From: Alphaproteobacteria bacterium
GTDB lineage: Bacteria > Pseudomonadota > Alphaproteobacteria > Micavibrionales > UBA2020
Assembly: GCA_025934695.1 (NCBI GenBank)
Contig: JAICWS010000002.1
Coordinates: forward strand, 909,043-973,042
Direction: 5' to 3'
DNA: 64,000 nucleotides
The notes beneath the pieces were generated by a model. The model made no database searches. It had not been told where the DNA came from and worked only from the letters and a program-made list of their open reading frames with translations. Made by a program: the position numbers and the translations under genes. This document shows, one piece after another, positions 8,598 to 16,822 of this stretch (positions are counted from its first letter, which is position 1; every line of letters starts with the position of its first letter).

Positions 8598-11162
8598 CTA
8601 GTGGACAGTTGCGGAGGGGATACCATCGGCCAGTGTCCCGGCGCCGCGATCGATGATCAGCGTCACGGTCTGGCCGTTCGATATGAGCGTTCCGGTAAGG
8701 GTCTCCTGCCCACCCGAGAAGGTGGCCGTCATGGTTCCCTCCGATACTCCGGCCGCCGTTTTGGTGTCGAGGTTGACGACAGTGCTGTAGCCAGTATTGA
8801 GGTTGCCGATCTCAAGGGTGTGAGCCGGATTCATATCAAAGATGTTTTGCATGTCCAGCGTAACGGTTGCATTTGGGGTGCCCGTTGGCGACGCGGCGAC
8901 CATGATTTTTTCGATGTTCGTCACGTTGCTGGCGCCTTCGAAATTATAGACCTGGCCGCTGGCGCCCGTGCTTCCCAATCTGAGGGTTTCGTTCGAGCCG
9001 GTGCCGCCGTTGATGACGGAAGTGCCGTCCGTCAGGAAGCCCGGCGTGGTCATTGTAATGGTTTCGCCGCTGCCGCCGTTGCCGTATATCTGCACGGTGC
9101 CCTGGCCGAGCCATAGAACGCTGTCGCCGCCCGCAGTGCCCAGGACGATGACGTCATGCTCGGAGGCCGTCGTACCGATGACTTGCGCGCCCCCGGTGCT
9201 GCCGAGCTGGCCGTTGCGTTCAAAAATCACGTTGTTGCCGCCGGTAAAGCCGAAAACGTCGATCGTTCCCGCGCCCGCCTCGCCGCCGAACAGCAGGTTG
9301 ACCGGGCCGCTGACGTGCGGCTCGAACTGCAAGGATACGGGCGTTGATACGCTGGTCGAGGTGGTACCATCCGTCGCCGTCACCGAGAAGTTGAAGGTGT
9401 TGTTCGGCTGGTAGGCGAGACCGGTCGGGTCGCTGAAGGTCATCATCACCTGGCCGGTCGAGGTAATGTCGAAATGCGCGATGACCTGGCCCGGCGTCGT
9501 GGTGGAAAGGCCAGCAGTTGTCGGCGTCACCGTATCGCCGAGCAGGTCATAGCCGCCGCCGCCGCCCGTATGTGCGACAAGAGTGGAACTGGTGACCATC
9601 GAGAAAGTGGGATTCGTCATGCCCGTCGTATTGATCGTGCCGATCAGCACCGACGTAGTGCTCCAGTTCTGGCTCGAGAACAGGGAGGCCAGCTGCGGGC
9701 CGAACAGCGGCAATCCGTCATCCGCGGTGGACGGCGTGCCGTTCGTGTAAACGCCGGAGAAGGCGAACGATGCTGTCAGCGGCGGCGCGAGCGGCGTGAT
9801 CGTGGTGCCGCCGCCGGTCGTCGTCGTGGCCGTGCTTCCCACCGAAGGGTTCGAGGTCGTGCTGAACGACGTCGAGGAGGTGCTGGTCGTCGAGGTGGCG
9901 GCCAGCGTGGTGCTGGACGTGCCGGTGCTATCCGTCGCCGGCGCGCCGCCGAAGGTGGCGGTGGTGCCGGTAAAAGAGGTTGTGCCCGTCGATGTCGTAC
10001 CGAAAGTCGTCGTGTCGCTGGTAAAGGTCGAAGCCGACGTGGGGCTGACGACAGTGCTGTTGTTCAATGCAACCGTCGGATCCGTGACCGTTGGGTCATA
10101 GGGATCCGTGACGTTGACTGTCGAGGTGCTCGTCACTGTGACCGTGGTGCCCACGGTGTCGCCGGGGGCCGCCTGCGTCATCGTATCCGGCGCCGTTGTC
10201 GTGGGGGCGGGGGCAGTCGGTGTTGTGGTGGTGCCTGTATCCGGGCTGGTCACCACTGGCGCCGGTGCCGTGGTTGTGCTCGTGCCGGTCATCGAATAGA
10301 AGGCCGGGTCGGCAGGCGCGACAGCGCTATAGGTGCTGTTAAAAGTCTGCGTCGTCATGACGCCGGTGTCGGTGGGCGCGGTGCTGTAACCCGTCAGCGT
10401 GGCCGTATCGAGAGCGCTGCTCATCGTCACGGTGCCGCCGTCGTTGGAAACGACAATCGCGCCGTCAACCACTGTCACAGTGCTGGGCTGGCCGGCAACG
10501 TTGATCTCGCCCGCGATGACGGTGCCGCGAATGCCGATGGAACCCACCGGCGTATGGATGTTCACGTCGGCGGGATCGCTTTTGCCGATCAGGCCGCTCG
10601 TGTACACAAAGACGCCATGCAGCATCGAGAAGAAGGACGTGCCGGTATGGCTCTCCGGATTGTAAGTATACTGGTCGATCGATAGCCGCGCATGTTCAGA
10701 CACCGCGAAAGTCGTGTTGTCCACGAAAAGAATATGGACTGCTCCCTTGTCCGATGTTTCGATGACATCGCCCATATGCACGGTCACGCCGACCTCGGCC
10801 TTGATATGCGTGCCGTCGGGATGTGTGATGGTCGCGTCGCCCACGACCTGCGTCACCTTGCCGATCGGGCTTGCGTCATCGGCGGTCGCGTTGGCGGCAT
10901 ACTGCCCCGGGTGCTCCGGCGCCAGGAAAGCGTCGACCATGTCGTGCGGCAGTTTCGCGCCATCGGAACTCACGAGGTCGGGAGGCGGATTGTGGGAGAA
11001 ATAGCCGTCGATTTTAATGGTATGGCCGTCGGGCTCGCGCAGGATCAGATCGTCGCCGCTGCGCGCGAACTGCGCATTTACCGCCGTTTCACCGCGGGGG
11101 AGGGTCACCGGACCGTCGCCGGTGGCCTGCAACCGTACATCGAATGAGAGACCGTCTGCCAT
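8598..11162 (-). CDS. large FecR-domain, Thr-rich, RTX-like secreted protein (putative type I secretion substrate)
   Basis: 854 aa with no Sec signal. N-terminal module FARSGDDLILREPDGHTIKIDGYF. FecR-like domain (GDATITHPDG...GDVIETSDKGAVHILF...TPVGSIGIRGTV). About 250 aa of T/S/P/A low complexity. C-terminal Gly-rich region with degenerate nonapeptides (GGSGETITM, GGTGSNETL). Confidence 0.75.
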   Translation of the reverse strand: MADGLSFDVRLQATGDGPVTLPRGETAVNAQFARSGDDLILREPDGHTIKIDGYFSHNPPPDLVSSDGAKLPHDMVDAFLAPEHPGQYAANATADDASPIGKVTQVVGDATITHPDGTHIKAEVGVTVHMGDVIETSDKGAVHILFVDNTTFAVSEHARLSIDQYTYNPESHTGTSFFSMLHGVFVYTSGLIGKSDPADVNIHTPVGSIGIRGTVIAGEINVAGQPSTVTVVDGAIVVSNDGGTVTMSSALDTATLTGYSTAPTDTGVMTTQTFNSTYSAVAPADPAFYSMTGTSTTTAPAPVVTSPDTGTTTTPTAPAPTTTAPDTMTQAAPGDTVGTTVTVTSTSTVNVTDPYDPTVTDPTVALNNSTVVSPTSASTFTSDTTTFGTTSTGTTSFTGTTATFGGAPATDSTGTSSTTLAATSTTSTSSTSFSTTSNPSVGSTATTTTGGGTTITPLAPPLTASFAFSGVYTNGTPSTADDGLPLFGPQLASLFSSQNWSTTSVLIGTINTTGMTNPTFSMVTSSTLVAHTGGGGGYDLLGDTVTPTTAGLSTTTPGQVIAHFDITSTGQVMMTFSDPTGLAYQPNNTFNFSVTATDGTTSTSVSTPVSLQFEPHVSGPVNLLFGGEAGAGTIDVFGFTGGNNVIFERNGQLGSTGGAQVIGTTASEHDVIVLGTAGGDSVLWLGQGTVQIYGNGGSGETITMTTPGFLTDGTSVINGGTGSNETLRLGSTGASGQVYNFEGASNVTNIEKIMVAASPTGTPNATVTLDMQNIFDMNPAHTLEIGNLNTGYSTVVNLDTKTAAGVSEGTMTATFSGGQETLTGTLISNGQTVTLIIDRGAGTLADGIPSATVH

Positions 11163-11292
11163 AACCTATCCCCCCGATACGCGCCTGTTGTTAATGGATT
11201 AAGGCTGGCGCTGCCTGACACATAACCCTATTCTTTAATTATATCGGGAAAGCTTTAAGCCATCATGAAAAAAAGCTAAAATGGTATGTAAT

Positions 11293-12570
11293 TTAAGTGT
11301 TTGTATTCACTGAATTATTATCGATTTCTAATTTTGGCGGCTGCCAATTTTTAACAAATTTCATGGCATCGTCAAAGGGCAGCGGCTTCGAAAACCAATA
11401 GCCTTGGATGTAGTCGCAACCCAAAGTATAAAGGATTCCCGCCTCCTTCACCGTCTCGATCCCCTCGGCAATGACCTTCATGCCCAGATTGCGAGCAAGG
11501 CCGATGATGGACTTGACCAGCACCAAACTGTTCGGGTGGGTGGTCATCGAACGGATAAAGCTCTGGTCGATCTTCAGCGTGTCGATGGGGAAGTAGTGCA
11601 GATAGCTTAGCGACGAATAGCCCGAGCCGAAATCGTCGATCGAGACGTTAAGGCCGATCTCGCGGCATTTTTCCAGTTCCGCCTTGGCGGCTTCCGGCGC
11701 TTCCATCAGCAAGGTTTCGGTAATTTCAAGGTGGATTTGCTGCGCCGCAACGCCTTTTTTGGCCAGCGTATCGCGCATATGCGTGAAGAGGTTTCCCCCC
11801 ATGAAATCCTTGACCGAAAAGTTGACGCCCACGAAAAGCGGTTCGGGGACGACGAGGGCGGGCGACGCCGCCTTCTGCAATTCTTTTGTTGCGTCGCAGG
11901 CGACATCAAGCGCGAAGCGCGAAAGCTCCAGGATCAGCCCGCTTTCCTCGGCCACGGGAATGAAGATGCCGGGCGAGATCATGCCCTTCTGCGGGTGCTT
12001 CCAACGCATCAGCGCCTCGAAGCCCGCGATCTTCATGTTCTGCACGTCGATGATGGGCTGGTAGAACAGCGTCAATTCGCCGCGCTGCAAGGCCACTTTC
12101 AGCTCGTTATGAATTTTGATGGTTGAGAGCGCGATGTCGTGGAAGGCCTCACTGTTCTCCACTGCTTCTGCCGTGGTCGAAGGCACGAACCGGATGGTTT
12201 CCGTGCGCCCGAGCATGTCGCGATAGCGCGTCGTGAGGACGCGCAAAACCATTTTCAGGACGGGATCGGCGGATTCGACGCGGCGGCCGAAATCCTCGCG
12301 CGTGATCTCGATAACGTCACAATCTTCGACGGCGCGCACGGTCGCGGTGCGCGGCTTGTCGTCGATCATCGCCATCTCGCCGATCAGCGAGCCGGGGCCG
12401 CGGACGCCGATCTGGATCGCCTGTCCGTCGCGCTGGACGAGAATTTCGACGTTGCCGGCCTCGATGACGTAGGCGCATTCGCCGCGCTCGCCCTCGCGGA
12501 TGAGCGTTTCGCCCTTCTTGAATTGCTTTTTCGCCGAGCTTTGCATGCCTTTTGAAACCTTCTTCCCCAT
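11293..12570 (-). CDS. cyclic-nucleotide-binding domain plus EAL domain c-di-GMP phosphodiesterase
   Basis: cNMP-binding fold with phosphate-binding cassette (GEMAMIDDKPRTATVRA). EAL domain has all catalytic motifs (FEALMRW, LEITE, DDFGSGYSS, KIDQSF, AEGIET, QGYWFSKP). ATG at 12570 is chosen because the longer ORF start adds 33 aa that look non-coding. Confidence 0.85.
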   Translation of the reverse strand: MGKKVSKGMQSSAKKQFKKGETLIREGERGECAYVIEAGNVEILVQRDGQAIQIGVRGPGSLIGEMAMIDDKPRTATVRAVEDCDVIEITREDFGRRVESADPVLKMVLRVLTTRYRDMLGRTETIRFVPSTTAEAVENSEAFHDIALSTIKIHNELKVALQRGELTLFYQPIIDVQNMKIAGFEALMRWKHPQKGMISPGIFIPVAEESGLILELSRFALDVACDATKELQKAASPALVVPEPLFVGVNFSVKDFMGGNLFTHMRDTLAKKGVAAQQIHLEITETLLMEAPEAAKAELEKCREIGLNVSIDDFGSGYSSLSYLHYFPIDTLKIDQSFIRSMTTHPNSLVLVKSIIGLARNLGMKVIAEGIETVKEAGILYTLGCDYIQGYWFSKPLPFDDAMKFVKNWQPPKLEIDNNSVNTNT

Positions 12571-12701
12571 ATTATATTTACGCCAGCGGCGGTTAAGAAA
12601 GTGATAATTCCAAGCGGCGCTGTGATTACGGGAACAACTTTCGTCTGGCCATGCCGGGCGGAAGTTCATTACAATTACTGCAGCGTCTTGCAGGGGCGGT
12701 C

Positions 12702-13121
12702 ATGACTTTCGTCAATATCATCATCATTTATCTTGCGTTCCGCGCCAAGCAGGTGATCTGCGACTTCTTTCTGCAGACCTCATGGATGGCGAGCGTCAAG
12801 GGCAGCCCGTTCAACATGGGGGGCGCCAAGGCGCTGGGTCTGCACGCGGCCATCCATGCCTCGTTCACCCTGGTGTTGACGCTGATTTTCGCGCCGGACC
12901 TGTGGTGGCTGGCGCTGGTGGATTTCGTTGTGCACGCGGTCATCGACAAGTTCAAGGGCGCGGTCACCAACAAATTCGGCTGGACCTACAAGGACAATAA
13001 ATACTGGTGGGCCTTCGGCATCGACCAGGAAATGCACAATCTCACGCACTTCGTCTACCTGCTGACCATCCTCGCGCACAAGGGATTGAACTTTGCGGCG
13101 CAGCTGCCGATGGCGCATTGA
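12702..13121 (+). CDS. DUF3307-like small membrane protein
   Basis: 139 aa. Multiple His in TM segments (HAAIHASF, VVHAVIDKFKG, EMHNLTHF), resembling DUF3307. Confidence 0.55.
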   Translation: MTFVNIIIIYLAFRAKQVICDFFLQTSWMASVKGSPFNMGGAKALGLHAAIHASFTLVLTLIFAPDLWWLALVDFVVHAVIDKFKGAVTNKFGWTYKDNKYWWAFGIDQEMHNLTHFVYLLTILAHKGLNFAAQLPMAH

Positions 13122-13129
13122 CGCGGCTT

Positions 13130-13906
13130 TTACACGTGCCCGCGCATCTTTAAATAAAGATCGAAAGCTTCCTTCAGGTACACCGCGCCCGTGATGAACA
13201 GCACCGTCTGTGTCGCGCGGTAGAAATGCTTGTCGGTGAGCCGGTCGAGGACGTATTTCGACAGGTGCGAGCCCGCCAGCGCCAGCGGCACGACGGCCAC
13301 GAACAGCCACAGCGGCAAACCCGCCGTCGCTTTTGAAAAGCTGGACACGACGAAGCCGAAATAGATGAACTTGGTGATATGCGATGTCGCCTGGGTGAAA
13401 GCCTTGGTCGCGACCGTCTCGTGCCGCGTCAGCGCGCGGTTCTGGAAGAAGATGTCGAGCAGCGGTCCCGACACGCCGGCCGTCAGCTGGAAGCCCGTCA
13501 CCAGCAGTCCTGACAGGAAGGCCTGCGCCGGCTTCGTAAAATTGAGCTGGATGCTCTTGGGCAGCAGGAAGGCGAGATAGGGGCTCACGCCCATCAGCAA
13601 AAACACCGCGAGCTTGTTCGGAATCAGCGCGAGATACGTAAAGGCCGCGAACATCAGCGTGAGCCCGGCGAAATAAAAGGGCAGGCTTCTGACGTAGATA
13701 TGCTTGCGGTGGATGAAAGCGCGGCTGCCGTTGGCGGCGAACTGCGACACAGAATGCAGGATCATCGCCTGCTGCACCGATGGCAGAAGCCAGGTCAGGA
13801 TGCCCATTAGCACCATGCCGCCCGCCATGCCCAGAATGCCGGACAGGATCGAGGTCGCGAAGACGCCGCAGGCAATGATGAGGCAGATGGGAAGGCTGAG
13901 GCCCAT
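13130..13906 (-). CDS. TauE/SafE-family sulfite exporter-like membrane protein
   Basis: About 258 aa with 7-8 TM segments. Duplicated GxxGGxxG-type motifs (GILGMAGGMVLMGIL, LTAGVSGPLLDIFF). Start set at the internal ATG 13906. Confidence 0.8.
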   Translation of the reverse strand: MGLSLPICLIIACGVFATSILSGILGMAGGMVLMGILTWLLPSVQQAMILHSVSQFAANGSRAFIHRKHIYVRSLPFYFAGLTLMFAAFTYLALIPNKLAVFLLMGVSPYLAFLLPKSIQLNFTKPAQAFLSGLLVTGFQLTAGVSGPLLDIFFQNRALTRHETVATKAFTQATSHITKFIYFGFVVSSFSKATAGLPLWLFVAVVPLALAGSHLSKYVLDRLTDKHFYRATQTVLFITGAVYLKEAFDLYLKMRGHV

Positions 13907-14439
13907 GGGATTGTTTCTAGCAGATGAGGGGAGAAAAAAAAGTCCGGAGAACCTTTTGGATTCTCCGGACAAACGGCGGTAATAGAGGGTGTGTAAGACA
14001 GTTATAAGAAAAACCGCCCGTTTCCGCAAGAGGAAAATGGACAAAACTTAAAAAAAAGTGAAGCTTTTTAGAATTTTGTTTGAAAACAGCACTGTTTTGC
14101 GCAATAAAGTTTCAAAATCCTGAAAACTGAGAATAGGTCTCATTCAGGCTAAGGAGCGGCGAAAAGGGCCTTTTTGAACCGCTGCAACATTAAAAAAACG
14201 CAATAAAGACGGGCGTTTTTTGCATATGCTGCTCTGCACAAAAAACAGGCATTGGCGAGGAATATATTCCATATCATTGCCGAAGGCAAGAATCGAATCG
14301 CGCGTCCTTGAGTCGGGCCGATTTTCCGAGTCGCGTTCTTTTGTAAATGTTATATTTTCAAAAGAAAAACCCCGGCCCGCGGCCTATCGGTCCGGCCGGG
14401 CTTCGCCAAGGCCTTCCCCGCTTCAGGAGAATCAGGGCC

Positions 14440-15531
14440 ATGATGCCGGCAAAGAAGACCTTCTTTTATGTGCCTGCCCTCGACGGGTTGCGAGCGGTGG
14501 CCGTCCTGCTGGTCATGCTGTCGCATGTCGGTGTGCCGGGCTTTGCCGGCGGCGGCATGGGCGTGGACATGTTTTTCGTCCTCAGCGGCTTTCTGATCAC
14601 CACGCTGCTGCTGGAGGAAATCGAAGCGACCGACCGCATCAATATTCTCCACTTCTACATCCGGCGCCTGCTGCGCCTTTATCCGGCGCTGTTATTGATG
14701 CTGGTGCTGTTTGCCATTTTTTGCGACATCCTGCGCCATTCGCTCCCGCATGCGGAAGGTTTCGACTGGGGCAAGGATGTCGTCTTCGCCGGGCTTTACC
14801 TGACCGATTACGCCGTTGCGCTGGGGTTCGAGAACAAGAACTCCCTCATCGCGCACACCTGGTCGCTGGCGGTGGAAGAGCATTTTTACCTCGTCTGGCC
14901 GTGGGTTTTGCTGGGGCTGCGGCGCCAGTTCCGGGGCCGCAGGCTGGTGAGGACATTGGCGGTGCTGTATATCGCGGCGACGGGCTGGCGCATCCTGTGC
15001 CTCTCGTACCAGCCATGGGACATGGTCTATTTCCGCTTCGATACGCGCCTGGCCGGACTGGTGCTGGGTGCGCTGCTGGCGGCGATGCGCGCCAACAACA
15101 TGAAGCTGCCCTGGGCGCGCGAAGGGCTGGTCCTTTCCAGCCTTGCCTTCGTCTTCGTCATCATGACGATGACTTCGATGCGAGCCGGCACCTATGAAAT
15201 CACGGTGGCCGAGGTTTTCACTTTCTTCCTGATCGCCCGGATCGTGGAGGCCAGGGCTTTCGCGCCGCGCGCGTGGCTGGCGCACAAGGTGCCCGTGTTC
15301 TTTGGCCGCATCTCTTATGCGCTGTACCTGTTCCACTTCCCGGCGGCATCGCTGCTTCTGCGTGCGGATACGCCGCCGCTTATCGCCTTCGCGGCGACGG
15401 GCGCGATCGCCACAGCATTGGCTTGGTTTTCGTGGACAACGGTGGAGAAGGCCGGCCGCGCTAAAGCGCGGGAATACCGGCGCCTCGGCGGGCGGCGACA
15501 CCTGCCGGAGGAAGAGGCTAAAGGGGCTTGA
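14440..15531 (+). CDS. acyltransferase family 3 (OafA/NolL-like) membrane protein
   Basis: N-terminal signature LDGLRAVAVLLVMLSHVG...GVDMFFVLSGFLIT and HTWSLAVEEHFY. AGGAGA SD lies before the ATG at 14440. Confidence 0.85.
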   Translation: MMPAKKTFFYVPALDGLRAVAVLLVMLSHVGVPGFAGGGMGVDMFFVLSGFLITTLLLEEIEATDRINILHFYIRRLLRLYPALLLMLVLFAIFCDILRHSLPHAEGFDWGKDVVFAGLYLTDYAVALGFENKNSLIAHTWSLAVEEHFYLVWPWVLLGLRRQFRGRRLVRTLAVLYIAATGWRILCLSYQPWDMVYFRFDTRLAGLVLGALLAAMRANNMKLPWAREGLVLSSLAFVFVIMTMTSMRAGTYEITVAEVFTFFLIARIVEARAFAPRAWLAHKVPVFFGRISYALYLFHFPAASLLLRADTPPLIAFAATGAIATALAWFSWTTVEKAGRAKAREYRRLGGRRHLPEEEAKGA

Positions 15532-15613
15532 TTTCAGGACCCTTCGGCATATTTCTTCAAAAGCGGAAGAAAAGCTGTTCGCAATCAATTCAGGGACATG
15601 CAAAAAGGGTATC

Positions 15614-15787
15614 ATGAGACGCGCCAGGCCTCACGAACTGCACGCCAAACGCTGGGGCCTCGCCCTGCTGGTCGTCATCCTGATCGGGACCTGCGGCGTC
15701 GCCTACGCCTATTCCGGCGAACAGCTTCCCAAAAACTCCGCCACCCCCATGGTCATCGCGCTGGCCGCCAGCTTCGGCGTCAAGTAA
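15614..15787 (+). CDS. possible small single-TM protein
   Basis: 57-aa ORF (MRRARPHELHAKRWGLALLVVILIGTCGVAYAY...) in the gap after the acyltransferase. Weak SD. Confidence 0.3.
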   Translation: MRRARPHELHAKRWGLALLVVILIGTCGVAYAYSGEQLPKNSATPMVIALAASFGVK

Positions 15788-15816
15788 ATCAGCCGTAGAT
15801 CGTCTTTCTTTCGAAG

Positions 15817-16737
15817 TCAGCGCGCGGGAACTGGCATTGCTGGAGACGCAGCCGCGGGACGCGCGCGCCTCGCGGCGAAGGCATTGACCGCGTCGTTCCA
15901 GTCGAAGTCGCGGTTGCGGGCTTTGATCTCGGCGACGAAGGCGTCGCGGGCCGCCGCGTTTTTCGTTACCACCATTCCGTCCGACGCTTCCGCGGCAAGC
16001 GTTACATTCTGTCCGTCGCGCCAGTAGAGTGAGAGCCGGTCCGCGTTTTCGAAATGCGTCTTCACGATCGCCGGAAACAGGCGGTTGCCTTTTTCCTTCA
16101 CGTCAGCTTCGGGCGTAAAGCGCCGCTCCTGCTGGAAGCGCGCGGCGACGCCCGAGAGCCGGGTCTCCTCGTTCGCATGACACATAATGACGTTGATGCC
16201 GTATCCGTCTTTGCGCGCGTTATCGTACAGGAATTTGATCGCAGGGCTGGTCGCCGTCGTCCCGACCGCGATGTCATAGCCGTCTTGTCCCAGACGGTTC
16301 AAAATCGTGTTCATCATGTAAATGGACGCCTGGCGCCAGTAAACATAGGCGATGGCGCGACCCGTGTCGGTATCGCCGAGCGCGTCGACCAGCTTGTTGT
16401 AGGGGCGGAACAGCTTGAGGATTTCGTCTGAATCGACATGCACCGTGTTTGCCAGCGGTCCGCCGTTCTTCTGGAACTCGCGGATGAGCGTTGTCTTCCC
16501 CGAACCGGGGCCGCCGGTCGTTACGGTCAACTGGCGGCCGCCCTTGGTCGCGTTTTTGGTGAGCTGCTTATAAATACGGTCGGTCTCCTGCGCGATGCGC
16601 CATTTGTCCCGCAGTGAATAATGGACCTGCTTTTCCTCCCCTTGGGGGGCGAGGCCGAAGAACGGCCGCATCTCGGCATCGAGCGAGATCGGCTTCTCGA
16701 GGTCCTTTGCGACGATGGACGGATCGATTAGAGCCAT
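15817..16737 (-). CDS. zeta-toxin-family P-loop kinase-like protein (orphan)
   Basis: 306 aa. Walker A GGPGSGKTT preceded by an extension of about 70 aa. Spacing of downstream Asp/Arg is typical of the zeta/AAA_33 kinase fold. No small antitoxin ORF is adjacent. Confidence 0.65.
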   Translation of the reverse strand: MALIDPSIVAKDLEKPISLDAEMRPFFGLAPQGEEKQVHYSLRDKWRIAQETDRIYKQLTKNATKGGRQLTVTTGGPGSGKTTLIREFQKNGGPLANTVHVDSDEILKLFRPYNKLVDALGDTDTGRAIAYVYWRQASIYMMNTILNRLGQDGYDIAVGTTATSPAIKFLYDNARKDGYGINVIMCHANEETRLSGVAARFQQERRFTPEADVKEKGNRLFPAIVKTHFENADRLSLYWRDGQNVTLAAEASDGMVVTKNAAARDAFVAEIKARNRDFDWNDAVNAFAARRARPAAASPAMPVPAR

Positions 16738-16822
16738 GCTGCTCTTCCAATAAATTGCGCTAAGGCAATTATAGGAAAAATACCTTCAGGAACGCTTAAC
16801 GGGCGCATCCGGCTGAAATCGT

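Noticed and set aside
15817-16822. A zeta/epsilon-type toxin-antitoxin pair.
   Set aside because: Only the kinase-like gene is present. The 85-nt upstream gap has no ORF, and the next gene is the DUF2063 partner protein. It is reported as an orphan kinase instead.
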